A stretch of DNA of 64,000 nt from Armatimonadota bacterium (lineage in GTDB: Bacteria > Armatimonadota > HRBIN16), in NCBI GenBank assembly GCA_963677485.1, contig OY781964.1, positions 1,248,001-1,312,000 on the forward strand, in the 5' to 3' direction. Within the stretch, counting starts at the first letter, position 1. Every line of letters begins with the position of its first letter. Below the pieces are notes generated by a model. The model saw only the letters and a program-made list of their open reading frames with translations. It did no database searches and was not told the DNA's origin. Of this stretch, positions 59,021 to 64,000 are shown in pieces. The position numbers and the translations under genes were made by a program.

Positions 59021-59089
59021 GACAGTATCTCAGCATCATCGTAGCCGTGATTGCCAAGTAGATCTCCGACAATGTATTGTGTTCATTCT

Positions 59090-59120
59090 AACCACCTGAA
59101 GTACATTTCAGGTGGTTTTT
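59090..59120 (+). terminator. Intrinsic terminator of tatA-secG
   Basis: AACCACCTGAA...TTCAGGTGGTT followed by a T-run. Confidence 0.85.
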
Positions 59121-59245
59121 GTCATTAGTGCCCGCAACTCGTGCATCCTCTCGCACATCATTGTACAATCTTCAGATAGAGCAGATATGCTAATTACCGT
59201 CTATAAACGGCGCGCGTTCCTATACAGATGGAGGAATTCACTATT

Positions 59246-60511
59246 ATGAAACCGAGCTCGGAAACAATCCGGCGAAACTACGAAGTAGCCAAAGAGGCCT
59301 ATGCTGGTTTGGGCGTAGACACCGAAAAGGCCATGGCTATCCTTGATGAGCTTCAAGTATCACTTCACTGCTGGCAGGGCGACGACGTCGGTGGATTTGA
59401 AAACCCCGAGGGTAGCCTCTCTGGCGGAATTCAAGCCACTGGCAACTACCCTGGCAAGGCATCCACCCCGGCGGAGTTGCGTGCAGACATCGAAAAGGTG
59501 ATGAGCCTGCTTCCCGGCAAGCAGAGGCTGAATATCCACGCCCTCTACATTGATTACCCGGAAAAGATCGAGCGCAACGTCATGAAGCCTGCTCATTTCC
59601 AGAGCTGGATCGACTGGGCGAAAAAGAACGGCATTGCACTGGATTTCAACAGCTCCTTCTTCAGCCATCCATTGTCTGAAGACGGCTACACCCTGGCCAG
59701 TGCCGATGAAAAGACCCGTCAATTCTGGATTGACCACCTCATCGCCAGCCGACAGATCGCTGCCGAAATCGGCAAGCAGTTGGGCTCCCCTTGCTGCCAC
59801 AACATCTGGATTCCTGATGGCGAAAAAGATCAGCCAGCAGACCGCTGGTCACCACGCGCCCGCCTGATGGACAGCCTGGACAAAGCGATGGCTGTTGATG
59901 TAGACAGGAACCACTGCAAGGACTTCGTAGAGAGCAAGCTGTTCGGTATCGGCGCAGAGAGCTATACCGTTGGTTCCCAGGAGTTCTACCTGGCATACGC
60001 CATGAGCCGAGGCGTGGGCCTGACCATGGATATGGGCCACTATCACCCCACCGAGGTTGTGTCCGAGAAGATCTCCGCAGTGCTGACCTTCATGGACGAA
60101 GTACTGCTTCACGTCAGCCGTGGCGTGCGCTGGGACAGCGACCATGTGGTCACCCTGAGCGATGAACTGCTGGCTCTGTGCCAGGAAGTCGTCCGTGGAG
60201 ATGCCATGAAACGCGTCCACTTCGGTCTGGACTTCTTCGATGCCAGCATCAACCGCATCGCCGCCTGGGTCATCGGAACCCGCGCCATGCAGAAGGCTAT
60301 GCTGATTGCTCTGCTTGAACCCAGCGATTGCCTGAAGAAGATGGAAAGCACTGGCGACAAGGCCGGTCGTCTGGCACTGATGGAAGACCTGAAGGACATG
60401 CCTTGGGGCCTGGTTTGGGACTTCTATTGCGATCAGAACGGCGTCCCCGCAGGTAACGCATGGATGGATGATGTTCGTGCTTACGAGAAGAGCGTTCTAA
60501 ATAACCGCTAA
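59246..60511 (+). CDS. rhaA: L-rhamnose isomerase
   Basis: SLHCWQGDDVGGFE, GIQATGNYPGKA, WIPDG, ESKLFGIGAESYTVGS, HVSRGVRWDSDHVV, GLDFFDASINR. Confidence 0.97.
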   Translation: MKPSSETIRRNYEVAKEAYAGLGVDTEKAMAILDELQVSLHCWQGDDVGGFENPEGSLSGGIQATGNYPGKASTPAELRADIEKVMSLLPGKQRLNIHALYIDYPEKIERNVMKPAHFQSWIDWAKKNGIALDFNSSFFSHPLSEDGYTLASADEKTRQFWIDHLIASRQIAAEIGKQLGSPCCHNIWIPDGEKDQPADRWSPRARLMDSLDKAMAVDVDRNHCKDFVESKLFGIGAESYTVGSQEFYLAYAMSRGVGLTMDMGHYHPTEVVSEKISAVLTFMDEVLLHVSRGVRWDSDHVVTLSDELLALCQEVVRGDAMKRVHFGLDFFDASINRIAAWVIGTRAMQKAMLIALLEPSDCLKKMESTGDKAGRLALMEDLKDMPWGLVWDFYCDQNGVPAGNAWMDDVRAYEKSVLNNR

Positions 60512-60532
60512 CCATCGCAATCTGTATCCTTT

Positions 60533-60567
60533 ACAGACCGGCAATCCTGCCGGTCTGTTCTAGTTTT
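60533..60567 (+). terminator. Probable intrinsic terminator
   Basis: ACAGACCGGCA-ATCC-TGCCGGTCTGT followed by a T-rich tail. Confidence 0.7.
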
Positions 60568-60691
60568 AGGGATCTGCCCGAATTGCCCTTCGCATATCGC
60601 CCATTGTTAGGGTATGATTCAATTGTATACAAGTGTACTTAGTCTTGAGAACATCGCATATTACGGTAAGCCAGGATAGAAAGAACAATCG

Positions 60692-62584
60692 ATGAGAATT
60701 CTCGTAGCTGAAGATACAGCCACGATGCAATGCCTCCTCACCAATGCCCTTACAGAGTGGGGTTACGAGGTGGTTTCCGCTACAGATGGTAAAGCAGCCT
60801 GGAAAATCCTAAAGTCACCAAATCCCCCGCCAATCGCCATCCTGGACTGGATGATGCCAGGGCTAGATGGCGTTGACATCTGCCGACTCGCTAGACAGCA
60901 ACTCACCACTCCGCTCTACATAATATTACTTACCGGACGGGGTAAAACCGAAGATATTGTGGTTGGTTTAGATGCGGGTGCTGATGACTATGTAACCAAG
61001 CCTTTTGAGCTAGAAGAGCTTCACGCTCGGGTCAAATCCGGCGAGCGGTTTGTCGGGCTGCAGCACGCCTTACGTGATCACATACGCCGGTTGGACGAGA
61101 GCCAAAACCTGCTACGTAAAAGTGAGCAGCACTACCGCACACTGGTTGAAGGTGCCCCCTACGCCATCGGACTGCTTGACATATCAGGCCGCGTGCTCAG
61201 CATGAACACCAGTGGCTTGCACGGCATGCAAATGCAGGCCGATGAGGTGCTGGGAGCCTCGTTCAATGACATCTGGGTTCGCGAAACACAGCCCGCGGTC
61301 AGTTACGCCTTCGCCCATGCAATCGCTGGTGAACGATCCTCTTTCATAGCCGATCACAAGCTATTAGATGGATCCATCGCAACCTGGGAAGTGGCGTTGA
61401 ACCCCCTTTTTGACGACCAGACCGGCAGTGTGACCGGGTTAGTCGTGATCGGCGGTGACATCACCCAGCGTAAGCGTACCGAGGACGCCCTTCGGGAAAG
61501 CGAACGATGGTTCCACACCATCGGTGATGCGGCCATGGACGGCATCATGGCTCTGAACTCCCAAGGCAAAATCATCTATTGTAATAGAGCTGGCGAACAG
61601 ATTCTGGGCTGTGAAACATACGAAGCATTAGGGATTGAAGCAGCCTCTCTGCTGTCAGAAGGTCCTGGGCAAGATGAGTTCCTGGCCGTTTTGAATTCTA
61701 TCAGCGACCCAGACGAAACGACGATGTCTTCGCACACCATAGAGTCCGAATTGGTGAGGCGTGACGGCGGCATCATTCCTGTGGAGATTCCCCTAAGCGT
61801 GGCCAAAATGCGTGGTGAATGGCATTTAATAGCCATCATTCGCGACATTACAGAACGCCGAAGCAGGGAGGAACAAAACCAGTTGCTCATGAACCGGCTG
61901 GCGGATGCCAACACCGAGTTGCGCGACTTCGCATTTGTGGTATCCCACGACCTGAAGGCCCCGTTGAGGGCGATCGGCAGCCTGGCCACATGGATTGTGC
62001 AGGACTACTCAGACAAGCTGGATGAAGACGGCATTAGTCAACTGGATCTGCTCGTACAACGCGTAGGACGCATGGGCAAACTGATAGACGGTATTTTGGA
62101 GTACAGCCGTATCGGTCGCCTTTCCGAGAAGTTTGAAGAGGTGAACCTCCAGACGATCATCACTGACATCGTGGATATTCTCGCTCCTCCAGCCAATATG
62201 CTCATCACGATACAGCCGGATTTACCCACCATCATCGCCGAACCAACACGCATCAACCAACTGTTTCAAAATCTGATCAGTAACGCCATTAAATACAACG
62301 ACAAACCTCAAGGGCAAATATCGGTCACCTGTAGTAATCAAGGGCAATACTGGTTATTTGAGGTCACCGACAACGGACCGGGCATCGCCGAAAAAGACTT
62401 CGATCGGGTTTTTCAGATTTTCCAAACCCTCAAGTCTCATGATGAAGTGGATAGCACCGGAGTCGGCCTTACGGTGGTCAAGAAAATCATAGATATTTAC
62501 CGGGGCAAAATATGGATCACCAGCAAGCTGGGTGAGTTCACAACTTTCTCCTTTACCTTGCCAAAGAACTTGATGTCAGCCTAA
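60692..62584 (+). CDS. Hybrid REC-PAS-PAS histidine kinase
   Basis: ILDWMMPGLDG receiver, two PAS (DITQRK, DITERR), VSHDLKAPL H-box, NLISNAIKY, DNGPGI, STGVGL. Confidence 0.93.
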   Translation: MRILVAEDTATMQCLLTNALTEWGYEVVSATDGKAAWKILKSPNPPPIAILDWMMPGLDGVDICRLARQQLTTPLYIILLTGRGKTEDIVVGLDAGADDYVTKPFELEELHARVKSGERFVGLQHALRDHIRRLDESQNLLRKSEQHYRTLVEGAPYAIGLLDISGRVLSMNTSGLHGMQMQADEVLGASFNDIWVRETQPAVSYAFAHAIAGERSSFIADHKLLDGSIATWEVALNPLFDDQTGSVTGLVVIGGDITQRKRTEDALRESERWFHTIGDAAMDGIMALNSQGKIIYCNRAGEQILGCETYEALGIEAASLLSEGPGQDEFLAVLNSISDPDETTMSSHTIESELVRRDGGIIPVEIPLSVAKMRGEWHLIAIIRDITERRSREEQNQLLMNRLADANTELRDFAFVVSHDLKAPLRAIGSLATWIVQDYSDKLDEDGISQLDLLVQRVGRMGKLIDGILEYSRIGRLSEKFEEVNLQTIITDIVDILAPPANMLITIQPDLPTIIAEPTRINQLFQNLISNAIKYNDKPQGQISVTCSNQGQYWLFEVTDNGPGIAEKDFDRVFQIFQTLKSHDEVDSTGVGLTVVKKIIDIYRGKIWITSKLGEFTTFSFTLPKNLMSA

Positions 62585-62610
62585 ATTCATCGATATAGAG
62601 GAGTGCATCT

Positions 62611-64000
62611 ATGCGACTAAACTCAATCAGCGTGGGCAAAAGGCTCGCTATCGCATTTATCATCATCACGGCCATCACCGCCATCATCGGCTGGCGAGGG
62701 GCGTATGGTATGAGGCATATTCAAACACTCGCACGCACCCTGGTCGATGTCGATAATGCGGCTATCGAGCACTGCCTTTCCGTAAACCTTGCATTGACTG
62801 ACCTCTCCCGTGTTGAGAGGACGCTGATACTTCCCAGCCTAACTGACGAACAGCGTCAACAGCAGGAGGGTTCCCTTGCCGGCTTATATTCAGTACTGAA
62901 TAAAAACATTGATGCATTTGACAACCTGGAGTTAAGTGGGCAGAACGAAAAGCTTTGGGGAAAATTCGTCACCACGAAAAACCAATGGATGAGCGTGCAT
63001 AAGCGCGTGGTCGGCCTCTGCCAGCAGAATAAGCTGCAGGAAGCCGCTGCGTTGTCGATGGGTGAAGGCCTGACATTGCATGAACAGCTAGATGCTGCCG
63101 CTGATGTGCTGACATCGTCCGTCGAAAAACAGAGCAATGATGCGTTACTTCAAATCGAAGCTGTTTACGGATCCATGCATGTTTTCGTCATCATTTTGAC
63201 GACACTAGGATGTCTTCTTGCGGTCATTCTAGGATGGATCATGACCAATTCGATCACACGTCCTTTGCAGAAGCTGACTGAGGCCAGCGCACGCCTGGCT
63301 GAGGGTGATGCGACCACACAGGTAAAGGTAGAAGGCTCAGATGAGGTTTCCTTACTGGCAAGCTCTGTAAAAGCCGCACTGGCCAACATCCGCAGTCAGA
63401 CCGAAGTCGCGCAGCAGATTGCGAAAGGCGACCTCAGTGTGACCGTCTCTGCCGCGTCGGACCGTGACACACTGGCACAGTCGATGCAAGCGATGGTTGA
63501 TACACTACGGGGTCTGGTTCAGGAGTCCACCACTTTAACATCAGCGGCCGCCGTCGGGCAGGTACGCGTCCGTGGTAACTACCAGGCATTTCAAGGGGCC
63601 TACCGTGATATCGTAGTGGGCGTTAACAACACGCTGGATGCCATCATGGATGCTTTTGATGCGGTGATCGCAGTCAGCGGATCCCTTAGCCAAAAGGACC
63701 TAACAGCACGGATGTCCATCAATTACCAGGGTGAGTTCCTTGAGTTAGCCCAGGCACTGAACACGGCGATGGCCGCCCTTGAGGCAGCCTTCGGCCAAAC
63801 TGACCAGGCCGCTGAACGCGTATTACGTGCCACGAAAATGGTGGCAGCGACCAGCGGCGAAGTGGGCCGGGCCAGCAGTTCCATAGCACAGACTATCTCG
63901 CAGGTCGCCCAGGGCAGCTCTGAACAGAGCCGCACCATTACCAGTGCCTCCGCCAGTATGGAGCAGTTGAGCCGTGCCATAGAAGATGTGGCCCGCGGGG
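62611..64000 (+). CDS. Methyl-accepting chemotaxis protein (4HB sensor, HAMPs), runs off window end
   Basis: Read manually: MRLNSISVGKRLAIAF TM, second TM then SITRPL HAMP, ...IAQTISQVAQGSSEQS. AGGAG RBS. Confidence 0.9.
   Translation, partial: MRLNSISVGKRLAIAFIIITAITAIIGWRGAYGMRHIQTLARTLVDVDNAAIEHCLSVNLALTDLSRVERTLILPSLTDEQRQQQEGSLAGLYSVLNKNIDAFDNLELSGQNEKLWGKFVTTKNQWMSVHKRVVGLCQQNKLQEAAALSMGEGLTLHEQLDAAADVLTSSVEKQSNDALLQIEAVYGSMHVFVIILTTLGCLLAVILGWIMTNSITRPLQKLTEASARLAEGDATTQVKVEGSDEVSLLASSVKAALANIRSQTEVAQQIAKGDLSVTVSAASDRDTLAQSMQAMVDTLRGLVQESTTLTSAAAVGQVRVRGNYQAFQGAYRDIVVGVNNTLDAIMDAFDAVIAVSGSLSQKDLTARMSINYQGEFLELAQALNTAMAALEAAFGQTDQAAERVLRATKMVAATSGEVGRASSSIAQTISQVAQGSSEQSRTITSASASMEQLSRAIEDVARG

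Noticed and set aside
59022-59030. ACAGTATCT as the end of a second or mini IS110 copy
   Set aside because: No matching CT-TGTAT left end nearby. A 9-mer is expected by chance about once per two such windows, and a similar tail (ACCTGTATCT) follows the 25619 REPIN. Kept only as a caveat in the secG finding.
58908-59245. tRNA downstream of secG
   Set aside because: No cloverleaf, T-loop GTTCGA or CCA arrangement. The space is filled by the REPIN, the duplication and a terminator.

Overview
GC-rich bacterial chromosomal window, probably Armatimonadota-like. This is inferred from the [32 protein letters not shown] prepilin/H-X9-DG proteins, DUF4838 arrays and many secreted glycosidases. It holds a truncated GH32 gene, an Ehr/Hyf-like membrane complex operon, purE, a U32 tRNA-hydroxylase-like gene, a secreted toxin/immunity-like pair and a divergent arsenic/chromate/thiol-redox cluster with no local ArsR. 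It also holds several glycoside hydrolases, sugar isomerases (rhaA, FucI-like), three tandem DUF4838 paralogs, tatA-secG, a hybrid histidine kinase and a truncated MCP, with dense intergenic REP/REPIN/MITE-like repeats. The standout is a complete, apparently intact IS110 bridge-recombinase element at 48596-50385, inserted at a CT core inside a REP palindrome. Its left non-coding end folds into a bridge RNA whose four guide segments can be read directly against the reconstructed target (CGCGCCC-CT-ACG) and donor (ACAGTAT-CT-TGTA). Circularisation would create a TTGACA-N17-TATGCT promoter. Second most unusual is an Ehr small subunit in which all four Fe-S cysteines are replaced by Asp/Ser. All family calls come from motif recognition only; no database searches were run.
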